Source: Cycas panzhihuaensis (Eukaryota > Plantae > Cycadophyta). Taken from it: a DNA stretch of 64,000 bases. A program made the translations under genes and the position numbers. Under the pieces are notes generated by a model that was given only the letters and a program-made list of their open reading frames with translations, searched no databases and was not told where the DNA came from. This document shows positions 1 to 11,997 of this stretch, in pieces. The DNA is taken from contig CM041465.1 of assembly GCA_023213395.1 (NCBI GenBank), positions 143,785,741-143,849,740 on the forward strand. Direction: 5' to 3'. Within the stretch, counting starts at the first letter, position 1. Every line of letters starts with the position of its first letter.

Positions 1-3000
1 TGATAATCCTCCATATAATAGGAACACCCTCTACTGTTTGTATAGCCTGTATAGATATCTCATGGGGGGCAAAATAATCAATAAAATTTATCAAATAGTA
101 GTTACATATCACATAAGACTTATTGTCTATTATCCTACTAAGTCTCACTCTTTTCCCATACCAATTGACTCCGATCCTCCCTACATCCCTTAGAGTGATA
201 CAAATCTATCTGATTGCCCATACTCTAAAAATATTATGATTTGAAATCTAACAACTGATAAAATCTTGGAGTATCTTATACTCCATCACTAGTTGGGTCA
301 ACTCACTCACCTTCGATAGTCCACAAGTTCTTAGAATTACCTAATCTCTCTCATTTAGTTGATTAACCAACTCTCCTATGGTTGGTCCCTCATTTTCTCA
401 TGTCTCTACTCTTTCTAGAGGTTGCATCACATTAAAACAATTATATCAAATTTCTATTTTCATATTATAAAATTTTAGTTTTTAAGTTCTTTCTTTTAAA
501 ATTTTAAAAATGTAGTAAAACAACTAGAAATATAACTTCCTATCCTAAAGACATGGCTTCAAAGTTAAAAACATGATTTTACTACCAAAAATACAATTTC
601 TCTTTATTACTTTCAAATTGTAAAATCACATTTTTTATGATATTGTCATGTTTTTCATAATATAATCACATTTTAAGTACTATATCTACATCTTTTACAC
701 TATAAAATTATGTTTTTGATATGCATTTTTTTTTTTTAAATTGAGAAGTAAACTCACTAGATATCTTACTCCCTATTACATCCTAATAATCTCTATCTCC
801 TAGAGATGATCTCCTACTTGATCAACTCCAAATCGCCCTAGAAATAAGAGAAAAGGCTCTCATGCATCTCATTTTTCTGACTCCCTCTTGTAAAAATGAA
901 ATTTGATTTTCATTTTATTTCTTAATAAAGGAGAGGGCTTTTCTCTCTTTTCTAAATAAGAATTTTTCTTTCATCCATTAGGTTTATCAAACTGAATTTT
1001 ATCTCTCTATAATCATTATTATCAAATGCAAACACTTTGGAATAGTGAAATAATTTATCTTTTAGGCTCAATTATCAAATTTAATATACTTATCTTCTAT
1101 GGAACTTTTTGGAGACCTAAATGTTACATCTTTCACTTATTTTCTTTTGGATTGACTTTTGTCTTGGCCTCTAAAATATTCTGATTTGTTTTACCTATTA
1201 AGGAGCCTAAACTATGATAGGGAATGCTCTAAAATCTGATTGTTGATGAGTTTAAACTATGACAATCAAGGTTTGAAGTCCTCCACCCCATTAATAAGTT
1301 TAAACTATGACTGAAGACTATGAAAAGTCACCTATTAATGAGCCCAAAAACTATGATAGTCTATCATTTATGCTCCATCAAAAGGACCTTTCCTTTAAAG
1401 TATGATTAATAAGAGATAAACTATGACCAGTTAAATTTTGAAGTCCCATCTAGTTTATGGGTATTTAGCACTAATCTTTTGTTTAGTAAATGTGAACCTA
1501 GTTTTTTTGGGTAAGTTTTTAGGTAACATTCCTTTAACTTGTCATTTTAAAGGTATTAAAGTGAGTTTGATTAGATTATAGATCTTTACAGATTAGTAAC
1601 CCATCATTCACATACATCAACCTAAACTTTTTTTGGGCTTTTAATAGAAAAATTTTTACCCAAATTATTGTCACCCTTCCCCATCCTACTTTCTTTCTGA
1701 AGTAGGAGCCTCAGGTGTTAAAGAGGTAAATGTTTCACCAAAACCTAGCCCTCTTATTAATCTTTATCACTTTTAATAAGTTTCTTATATATTTCATATG
1801 AGAATAATTTATTTAGGTTTATTTCATATGCATTAGGCCATTTTTTGATGAAATGTTGTATTGATTCTATTCATGATATATATTGAATGGTAGTGGATAT
1901 TATATTAAATGATAGTAGATATATTATTATGCTTTCACCTACCAATGTGTGATAACTATGGTACTAAATTTCTCTTTCATGATCATTCTTATTCAAATTT
2001 TCATTTATACTGATATTTTTTTTTGTTTCACTTTTTTATCTTGATTTCACCCTTAGATCTTTTTCTTTGATCAATTTTTGGGCTTGTGCTTATTATTTTT
2101 ATCTCTTTATTATTTTTTGACTTTTTAGTGATTCATTTTGACCTCCTAATTCATCATATTTTTGGTCCTGCCAAAAATGTAATTGCTCACATTTTTATAA
2201 GAAAGTCATACTTTTTGTATTTTCAAAAATGTAATTGGTCACATTTTTTACAATCATGCATGTAATACTCTTCTAGCACACCCTTTTTTTGCATGTCATC
2301 TCCTAGGTTTGATGGAAACCTGCCTCTTTCATGCTCAAAACTTATGTAAACCTTATTATGATCTATCATTCAAACTTTGTAATGTGAGAGATGAAATTTT
2401 AAGTGTGCTTCTTGAGATTTTTGAGAGATTTTTACTACTTTTTCTTGAAAGACTATTTTTGAAGAAAAAGGATGAAGTCAAGAGAAGATTTTGAAGCTTT
2501 AGCTATTACTTTTCTAATACTCAGATTTCAATGGTTAGTGCTTCTCAAAATTCTTAGTTTCTTGCAAAGTTTTTAGCTTCAAACTTCTCCTTCTTAGTAA
2601 GATCTTTCATATTATAAATTCTTGCAAATCTTCTACTCTTTTTTGACTGTTTATGCTCAGAATATTTCCCTTCTTCTTGGTGACATTTGAGGTCTCTTTG
2701 TACTTATTTTCTACCTTAGAAATTTGGCAAAAAGGTCTACCCTTTATGAGATAGAAAGAGGGTAGACTTTTGTGAAGAATACTCATCTCTTCATTAATGG
2801 AATAGCTACTCTTTCCCATTCTTCCATGGTTGTCCAAATCCCTAAGAGGTTTGCTTTCATCTTAGCTTGTTTCTAGTTGTCATTAAGCCTATTGTGTTGT
2901 GTGTGTTTTTCTTCCTTTGTCGATTTTAAAGTAAAATTTAAAGTAGTTTGATTATATAAAAGAAGGAAAGCCATTCTAAGGCAGGAGCTCATTAATAAAC

Positions 3001-5272
3001 AAGAAATTATAAAAAGTTACTTGTATTGTCCTTATTTGATTTTATTCTTTTCATTGTTCTCATCTTTTAAAAGGAAATCTAAATAGATGGATGATATGTC
3101 TTTGATGTGATTAGATCATATGAGATTTAAGGATCCTTTGGTGTCCAAAAAACTCCATTTGTAATAGAATCTCTATATTCTTCAGTTTATTACTCGCTTG
3201 TGGATTATGACTTGGTTATGATTGATTACATATAACTTTATGGTCTAAATATCATTCATTACAGTAGAAATAAATCTTTAAAATCTCTCTTTTTATCTTA
3301 GATGCATTCTCCAAAAAGAAGATAGTATGTAATTGAAATGAAAACTTCACATAAACATTACATATTATTGGATCTTTTGGTAATTTACATACATAGTTGC
3401 ATGTTGTGTTAATTACATTTCATGCTAGTTTTTCTCTTGTTCATTGAAAAGTATGTGTTGTATTTAAACAAAGTAACTTCATCTCCATTTTAGTGTGTTT
3501 CATTTTATAAAAAAAATTAATTAAAAAAAAAAAATGTTGCATGTGTATTTAGTTTGATTCTTTGTGTGTTGAAAAGAAGATGGATAGATCTTATAGTTTC
3601 ATTTATTACTCTTGTGATTTCATTTCATTTAAAAATAAATAAAGCAAGATAAAACCTTTCCATCACTTAGCCCTTTTCCTTCATTTTAGTAAAACTTAAA
3701 AGGTTGAAATAATAGGAGGACATGAGTCACTAAGAAGGATACAAGAAACATTATTAGTGTAATCTTGAACTTAAAACTCCTCCATCTAATTATGTAGGCT
3801 ATTGGATTCAATCACCCCCTTACATCCTAGCATTTTGTTGATTCACTCATACCTTCATTAAACAACATAATTAAGTGGAGACTCCTTCTTAGGAGTTAGT
3901 AAAGGTGTTCCTTTTTGGTTCACTTTAGCTTCTTATCTCTTAGCTTAGACTTGGAATAGAGGAAACATACCACTAGTTAGGAGATATTTGGTTTATGTCC
4001 AACTGAAGAACACCACATTCCCTTTATTTTTTCTTTTTTTCTTTGTTTGTGTAAACTTAAAGACAAAAATGAAACTTGCCAATAGATAGAGATAAAGTAA
4101 GTATTCTACAATAAAGTTATGAAGCAATAGATTCACCCTCTTTTGATTACCACTAGTTTAGAATGAAGTCAATAGATCAAATAAATAATCGTATTCGATA
4201 TTTAAACCATCATGTTTAAGAGAAAAATCTAAAAGCAACTTTGAAAATAGATAAAAGTATTAGAAGTATTTCTACTACACATGAGGGATTTTAATAATGA
4301 AGGACTGATTACCCAAAACTCTATGGAAGAGAGTAAAGACACTTAGCTAATCAAAAGACACCTTTTCTTACCATTTTATCTCTTTACAAAGAATTGGTTT
4401 GGTTTGTTTAACTCTTTGTTGGGAATAACTTCTTTGTAAATTATAAATAGGAATAAGAGAAATGGGTAAAAGTTGATCCATATTGATGGTAGCTAATATT
4501 ATAGATTGAAACGGGTTCAATCCCTCAAAATTTCCCCTTTTAGTACTTCTAATAACATGATAACAAGATGGGAAACAAAATTGGTTTAATCCCCAAGTCA
4601 AATCACTCAATAAACCAAAATAAACAAACAAGTCTTTACTAAAAATGATGTAAGTAACAATGAAAAACTCTTTGTTTTTTTTTGTTTTTTTCTTGAATTG
4701 AGTAAAAACAAACTTCTCTAACTGACAAAATTAACACTAAATTATAAAGAAAGATACTTTAAACCTAATGAAATATGTGTAATGTACCTCATATCAACAT
4801 CATGTTCCTATATAAAATGTTGTGAAAAACTCTAAACACCATGAGAATGATAAACTTGTTAGTAGTAAATATTACAAGAGAGAAGATAATTCCCAAAAGA
4901 CTAGTGGAAACTAAAAGAAGAGGCCCTAGTTGGTGGGTGGAGGGGTGAATATAAAAACTAAGAAATAATTGAGATAAATATGGACCTCTAACCTTTCTAG
5001 TAGACTTCATAAACTTTTAAGAAGGTGACTTCTAATATACTTCTAATGGTAATAAATCACTAGTAAGGAGCGCTAGCAAAAATTTACGAGCATTTCATTA
5101 CACCAAAAGCTCTCTCCTTTCCTCTAAAAATGTATAGGGATTTATGGAAGAAGAACGTGAGGAGAATCAATGAGAAAACCATGGTTTCTATCCATAATTT
5201 AGCTAACATTTCTCAATCAAATCTTGTAATGAGGAAGGTAAGATAATCATGGATCAATTAGGGCAAGTGAGG

Positions 5273-6326
5273 TGATCCCAAAAGAGCTTAGTTGGTGAAG
5301 AAATCAATTATCAACCTGTCCTCCTTGAGATCCTGGGAGTTAGTGTAGAAAGCTCAATAACATCAAAACAACAATGAGCCCATGAAAGGAAAATTCTACA
5401 CCAAATAACTTATTCTTGGCATTGATCCAAAAGTATGAGGAGTAATACTTTTATTATACCATGAAAATCTCCATTTAATGGTGGAGAAATGAATTAGCAA
5501 AAGAATGGTAAAAGTACAAGGAATAAATGTTACAATTATACCATAAGGGGGACTCCAACCCTCCAAATGCCTCTTCAAGGATGCTTCCCAAGTCAAGTCT
5601 CCAAGAACCACCTTTCCAACCTGTAGAAGGGCTCAATTTATAGGAAGAAACCTGAATTGCATGTTTAACAAGTGGCAATCATGCAAGTATAACCACTAAC
5701 CACCAGAATGCATGTTGTCCAAGTGGCCTTCATACAATTCTTAAAATGTTGTAGCTTGTAACAGATCTTAACGTACTCTAATTTGGCTCAAATTTGGTAC
5801 ACGTATAGGAACACATGTCCCCTCATCTTCCTCAAATTTTCAGCTCATTTGGATGCCATTTGATTGCATTTTTATTCATTTAATAAAACTATGTATTTGC
5901 TATTTTTCTACTGTCCAAGTGGCCTTCATGTAATCCTTAAAAGTTGCGGCTTGTAACTAACCTTAACGGACTCCAATTCAGCTCAAATTTGGTACAAGTA
6001 TAGAAACGCATGTCTGCTCCACTTCCTCAAAATTTTAGCTCATTTGGATGTCATTTGGCCATATTTATATTCATATAATAATAACATATATTTTCTAGTT
6101 TTTTCTGCTAGCTGTGGGATTAATTTTTATGCAAAGACAAGGCTTGAATTCTAATCAAATGATATTTTCTGAACCCCACCTTTTTTACACATCTAGTGGG
6201 ATGTGTCTTCTACCTTTACACAAAATTTCATAGAATTTTGATACCATTTGGCCATATCTTTTTTAGTTATGCCAATGCCTAGCATTTTCCGCATCCTGTA
6301 AACATATGGTAGATCCTCCTGGATCA
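5273..6326 (-). repeat. 3' LTR of gypsy element 1
   Basis: Direct repeat of 10944-11997, adjacent to the PPT. ORF-track peptides 5396..5611/11067..11282 and 5475..5678/11146..11349 are duplicated. Confidence 0.96.
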
Positions 6327-6367
6327 TGGCTCCCCCTTCCTTGGAAAGTAGCCAACTCCTGTTTGGC

Positions 6368-9300
6368 TTAGAATTGGAGATGGGGGAAATGTTGTTCTCC
6401 TTGTTGCCTACTAAACCACTTGGCCTTACTAGGCAATTGCCCTGCTACTCCAATCCTGAAAGATTCATGTGTCTTCTGTCTTGTTTTGGTAGATTTTCTC
6501 TCCAAAATACAATCTTCCTTGAGAGGCTCCTCACTTTCCAAATATAAATCATCAATCAAGGTAAAGTGAACTGGTCCTGTTCCTCATCTAGCATGGAGGG
6601 CTCAAAGAGTTTTAAGTATTCAGCATTTATTACTGAATATATTTGCATATAAGGTGGAAGATCAAGTTGGAAAGCATTCCCACCTACTTTTCTCAAAATC
6701 TTGAATGGTCCATACCTTATAGGTTTGAGTTTCTTACCTTCTCCTTTTAACCTCTCCTTGCTCAAGTATAACCATACTAAATCTCCTTCTTGGAAAGTAC
6801 ATTCTTTCCTATGCTTGTCATGTCTTTCCTTGTACTTTTGTTGAGTCCTTAGAAGTTGATCATGTACTTCTTTGTGGACTCTCGATCTTCTCCAAGTATC
6901 TTAAAGCCTTGTCATGCTCCTCCTTCTCTTTGACGGATCCTTCCTTAGCTTGCATGGAAAACTCTAAGTCAAATGGACTTTGAGGTAAGTATCCCAAACA
7001 AACTTCAAAAGGTGCTTTAGAGTGTGATGCATGCATTGCTCTATTAAAAGCAAATTGTAGAGAAGCCAATGATTCATCCCAAGTCTTTGGATGCTTGGAA
7101 TTGTATCCCCTCAATAGATGTACCAAAGTTACATTTCACTACTTCAGTTTGTCCATCTGTTTGAGGATGGAAACTTGTACTCCTCTTCAATATGGTATCC
7201 ATCATCTCCCATAGTGACTTCCAAAATGATGAAAGGAATCAAGTGTCACGATCTGAAATGATGGAAGAAGGCAAGCCAAAATTCTTCCATACATGCTCGA
7301 AGAATAACTCACCGCCTCTGCACTGTGATTGTCTTCTTACAAGGTATTAGACATATCATTTTACTAAACCTATCTACAACAACAAAAAGATAATCATGTC
7401 CCTTCCTAGTCATGGGAAGTCCTCCTAAAAAATCAATGGAGATACTTTCCCAAGGTCTAGTGGGAATAGGAAGTGGTGTATACAATCCTAATTTTCTAGA
7501 AGAAGGCTTAGAAGTATTACACATTACACATCCTTTTACATATTTTTACATCATTTTGCATTTTTGCCATACAACATATCTTCTTAAGTTTGCTAAAGTC
7601 TTCTCTATACCAAAGGGACCATACTTTAGAAGTATGGGCTTCTAAGCCACTTGATCTTGTCTCCTTTTGATGGAACATAGAGTCGCTCCCTTTGAAAAGT
7701 AGACCATCCTTCCAAGAAAAGCGGGAAGGTCTTCCTTCGCTAGGTTCTCTAATTCTTCCTTCAAAGCTTCATCTTCATGGTACAAGTCTTTGTACTCTTC
7801 ATGATGCATTGGTTCCACCTGCAAACTCATAAGAGAACTACAAACAAAAGTAGAAGAAGAAGTGGAACAAGGTGGTCTAGATAACATATCAGCAATTTTG
7901 TTATTAGATCCCTTTTTATACTTAATTACAATATTGAATTGCTGTAAATAACTCATCCACTTCATATGTCTTGCTTGTTGTAACTTACTTTGAGTTTGTA
8001 AAAATTGAAGAGGCTTATGATCGGTATGAACTACAACCTCTTTTCCGAGCAAGTATGACCTCCAATGCTTGCATGCTTGATGAAGTGCGAACATTTCTCG
8101 ATCATATGTTGGGTAGTTCTTCACTTGAGGGGTGAAGACTTCCGAATGGTAAGTAATAGGCTTCCCATCTTGAATAAGGACAGCTCCCATCGCATTTCCA
8201 CTTGCATCAGCTTCTACTTCAAAAGGCCTTTACAAATTTGGCATTGCTGTAACCTTGCTTCACAAATTTTCTTCTTTAAAAGAAGAAAGGCTTCTTCCTC
8301 CTTGGAACCCCAAGTAAACTTTCTACTAGATTTTGTCAATCCATGTAGAGGTGTTGCAACCTATGAGAAATGAAGAATAAACTTTCTCAAATATTGGCAA
8401 GCTCCTAAAAAACTTCTCACCTCTGTGATGTTTGTTGGCCTAGGCCATTTGAGGATGGCTTGAGTCTTGAGTGGATCAATGCTCAACTTTCCTCCTCCAA
8501 CCACAAAGCCTAAGAAGATCAAGTTCTCCTTGCCAAATTCACACTTCTTCACATTAAGCTTCAAATGATGCTTAGCCATAGTCTTTAAAACTTCTTTTAC
8601 GTGCTGCAAATGTTCCTCCCATGTGTTGCTAAAAATCAAAATGTCATCAAGATAGACAACAACAAAATTATCCAAGTAAGGCCTTAATATTTCATTCATT
8701 AGTCTCATGAATGTTGCAGGAGCATTACACAATCCAAAAGGCATAACCATCCATTCAAAGAGTCCTTGCTTTGTTTTGAAGGCCGTCTTCCATGTGTCCT
8801 CCTCCTTGACCCTAACTTGGTGATAACCACTTTTTAAATCCAATTTAGTGAAATAACAAGCATGCTGAATTTGATTAAGTAAATCATCTATGCGAGGCAA
8901 AGGGTAGCGATTTTTAATTGTAATTTTATTCAAAGCACGAAAATCTATACACATTCTCCATCCTCCATCCTTCTTAGGCACCAAGACAATTGGTGACCCA
9001 CAAGGTGAACATGAAGGTCTTATGACCCCTTGATTAAGCAACTCCTCAACTTGCCTCTTTATTTCATTATTCTCCACAATGGAGTGCCTATACAAAGCAA
9101 CATTAGGTAATGGTGCATCTCCTACAAGAGTGATTTCATGCTCTATCTTTCTCTTTGGTGGAAGCCCATCAACATGTTGAAATAGAATATCATACCTTGC
9201 CTTTAACTCCTCAATTTGTTGCATTTGTTTAGGTGATATAAGAAGAGTGTGAGTAGAAGGACCTTCTTCATCTCTTGGCTCTTCTTTTCTCCTTACCATT

Positions 9301-10900
9301 AAGATGACGAATTTTCCACATGCATTGATCATCCTTTTAGCTTGAGTAGCTGAAATCAATGCTATCTTATCCAAGTGCTTCTTTGTGGACTTTATGATGA
9401 AGCCCTTGTTATCCTTCACCAATCGATACTTTCTCTCCCTTCGATAGAAGAGTGCATCTCGATCCCACAAATAGGGACTCCCAAGCACAACATGGCATAC
9501 ATCCAGTGGCACCACATCACATATTACTTCATCAACAAAATCATTAGTGATGGAAAATTTAAGTGTACATTGCTTTGATATTTGCATTTCCACATCTTTA
9601 TGGATCCAACCAAGAGGATATGGATGAGGGTGAGGAGTAGTTACCAAACCAATGCTCTTTACCAAACTTTACGAGATCAAATTCTTTTGGCTTCCGGATC
9701 TATAATGGCACCAATCATACTATTTCCTACTTGAAGCTTCAAGTGAAATAGTTCCTCCCTGTAGCATCATCTTCATAATTTGTAAGTAGAGTGACCTTCT
9801 CTTCTTCTCCTTCACTTTGAATCTCCACCTCGAAAGTAGTGCCTTCCTTTTTCCTTCTTTCTTAATTCCATATCCTTGATATGCTTTGGCTTTAGTTCGG
9901 ATGCAACTTCCAACACTTTGCTGTAATATGACCACTAATATCACAATGCTCACAATAATTAGAACTTTTAACAAAATTAGTTCTTTTCTTCTTTCCTTCT
10001 TGCCTTTTAGATGAGTGCCATTTAGGATTCTTTTCATACTTATTAGAAGTAAAAGTAGAATCTTTAGACATGAATGTAGATTTCTTGCTTTTACTTTTAT
10101 TGCCATAGCCATCCTACTTGCTTCCCAATGGATTGAACCTTAAAAACCCTTAGTTCCTTCCTTATATATTCATGTAATCCTCCAATGAATTTCATAAGAG
10201 TGACATGTTCATCCATATTAATACCAAGTAGCATGCCATGCCTAAAGAATAAAGAAGTATAGTCTTGGACACTTACACCTCTCCCTTGGCGTAAATATTG
10301 CCAAGTGACCCATTGGTCTTCCTCATGACCTATGGGGTAGAATTACTTCTTTATTATTTTCTTAAAATCCCTCCATGAAAAAGAAGATACATCATGAGTC
10401 TTCAAAAATGTATTCCACCATGTCAATGCATGTTTACACAACTTAAGCCTAGCAAATGAAAGCTTTTGAGCATTACTATAAGCATAGATTGTGAAGTAGG
10501 TTTCAAGTTGATCCAACCAATGGTCCAACTTTTCAGCATTTACCTCTCCATCATAAGTTGGAATATCCAACTTTGCCTCCACCTTGAAGGGTTGATGAGA
10601 TGAAGTACCCTTGCTTTCTTCAAAAGAGTGCTTTAAGGTCTCCTCCTCTTCCTCTTCATGGTCGTGGTCATATGTGGATCCTCCTTCAAATTCCTTCTCT
10701 TTGCCTTTTCCTTTGACTAGAGGTAGAAGGTGGGTCATCATTTGCATCAAGGCTTCTACGTTCTTCTCAAGCTTTTCAAATCTGATTTCTCCATCTTCTT
10801 TTTCAGCCATGGTGCTTGGATGCTTTCTTTGTCTTCTTGGTGATTGTAATACAAGAAAGTCTTCGCCTTTCTCTTTATATCCTTTCCTTGTTTGTACCAT
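6368..10900 (-). pseudogene. Frameshifted gypsy gag-pol polyprotein (gag, protease, RT, RNase H, integrase, chromodomain-like tail)
   Basis: Gag: KLDIPTYDGEVNAEKLDHWL..ALTWW. RT: PIVLVPKKDGGWRMCIDFRALN, KLDLKSGYHQ, MPFGLCNAP, YLDD. RNase H: HTDHKPL, ADMLSR. Integrase: PWESISIDFLGGLP, VVVDRFSK, GPF. The reading frame is split across several frames. Confidence 0.93.
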
Positions 10901-10925
10901 TCAAGTCCCTACAACAAGGATCAGA

Positions 10926-10938
10926 GGCAATAATACCA
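10926..10938 (-). promoter_or_regulatory. Primer-binding site, degenerate tRNA-iMet type
   Basis: Minus strand TGGTATTATTGCC versus canonical TGGTATCAGAGCC (3 mismatches), 5 nt inside the 5' LTR. Confidence 0.7.
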
Positions 10939-10943
10939 AAATA

Positions 10944-11997
10944 TGATCCCAAAAGAGCTTAGTTGGTGAAGAAATCAATTATCAACCTGTCCTCCTTGAG
11001 ATCCTGGGAGTTAGTGTAGAAAGCTCAATAACATCAAAACAACAATGAGCCCATGAAAGGAAAATTCTACACCAAATAACTTATTCTTGGCATTGATCCA
11101 AAAGTATGAGGAGTAATACTTTTATTATACCATGAAAATCTCCATTTAATGGTGGAGAAATGAATTAGCAAAAGAATGGTAAAAGTACAAGGAATAAATG
11201 TTACAATTATACCATAAGGGGGACTCCAACCCTCCAAATGCCTCTTCAAGGATGCTTCCCAAGTCAAGTCTCCAAGAACCACCTTTCCAACCTGTATAAG
11301 GGCTCAATTTATAGGAAGAAACCTGAATTGCATGTTTAACAAGTGGCAATCATGCAAGTATAACCACTAACCACCAGAATGCATGTTGTCCAAGTGGCCT
11401 TCATACAATTCTTAAAATGTTGTAGCTTGTAACAGATCTTAACATACTCTAATTTGGCTCAAATTTGGTACACATATAGGAACACATGTCCCCTCAGCTT
11501 CCTCAAATTTTCAGCTCATTTGGATGCCATTTGATTGCATTTTTATTCATTTAATAAAACTATGTATTTGTTATTTTTCTGCTGTCCAAGTGGCCTTCAT
11601 GCAATCCTTAAAAGTTGCAGCTTTTAACTGACCTTAACGGACTCCAATTCAGCTCAAATTTGGTACACGTATAGAAACGCATTCCTGATCCGCTTCCTCA
11701 AAATTTTAGATCATTTGGATGTCATTTGGCCATATTTATATTCATATAATGATAACATATATTTTCTGGTTTTTTCTGCTAGCTGTGGGATTAATGTTTA
11801 TGAAAAGACAAGGCTTGAATTCTAATCAAATGATATTTTCTGAACCCCACCTTTTGTACACATCTAGTGGGATGTGTCTTCTACCTTTACACAAAATTTC
11901 ATAGAATTTTGATACCATTTGGCCATATCGTTTTTAGTTATGCCAATGCCTAGCATTTTTCGCATCCTGTAAACATATGGTAGATCCTCCTGGATCA
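10944..11997 (-). repeat. 5' LTR of gypsy element 1
   Basis: Direct repeat of 5273-6326, followed by TSD TGAGG. Confidence 0.96.

Larger units (their letters stand above)
5273..11997 (-). mobile_element. Full-length Ty3/gypsy chromovirus (CRM-like) LTR retrotransposon, recent insertion
   Basis: Two 1054-bp LTRs (5273-6326, 10944-11997) with TGATCC...GGATCA termini and roughly 2% mismatch by eye. TSD TGAGG at 5268-5272 and 11998-12002. PPT (minus AAGGAAGGGGGAGCCA) at about 6327-6342. Minus-strand order is gag-PR-RT-RH-IN. Confidence 0.96.

Noticed and set aside
2309-5010. Small hydrophobic ORFs here and at 14329, 23873, 27630, 38593, 45805, 47718, 57757, 62573
   Set aside because: These are F/L/I/Y-rich translations typical of AT-rich decayed repeats, with no motifs.
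5396-11904. Short ORFs in LTRs and antisense to pol (e.g. 5396..5611, 7412..7645, 8065..8373, 10611..10946)
   Set aside because: They are by-products of LTR duplication or shadow frames of gag-pol.
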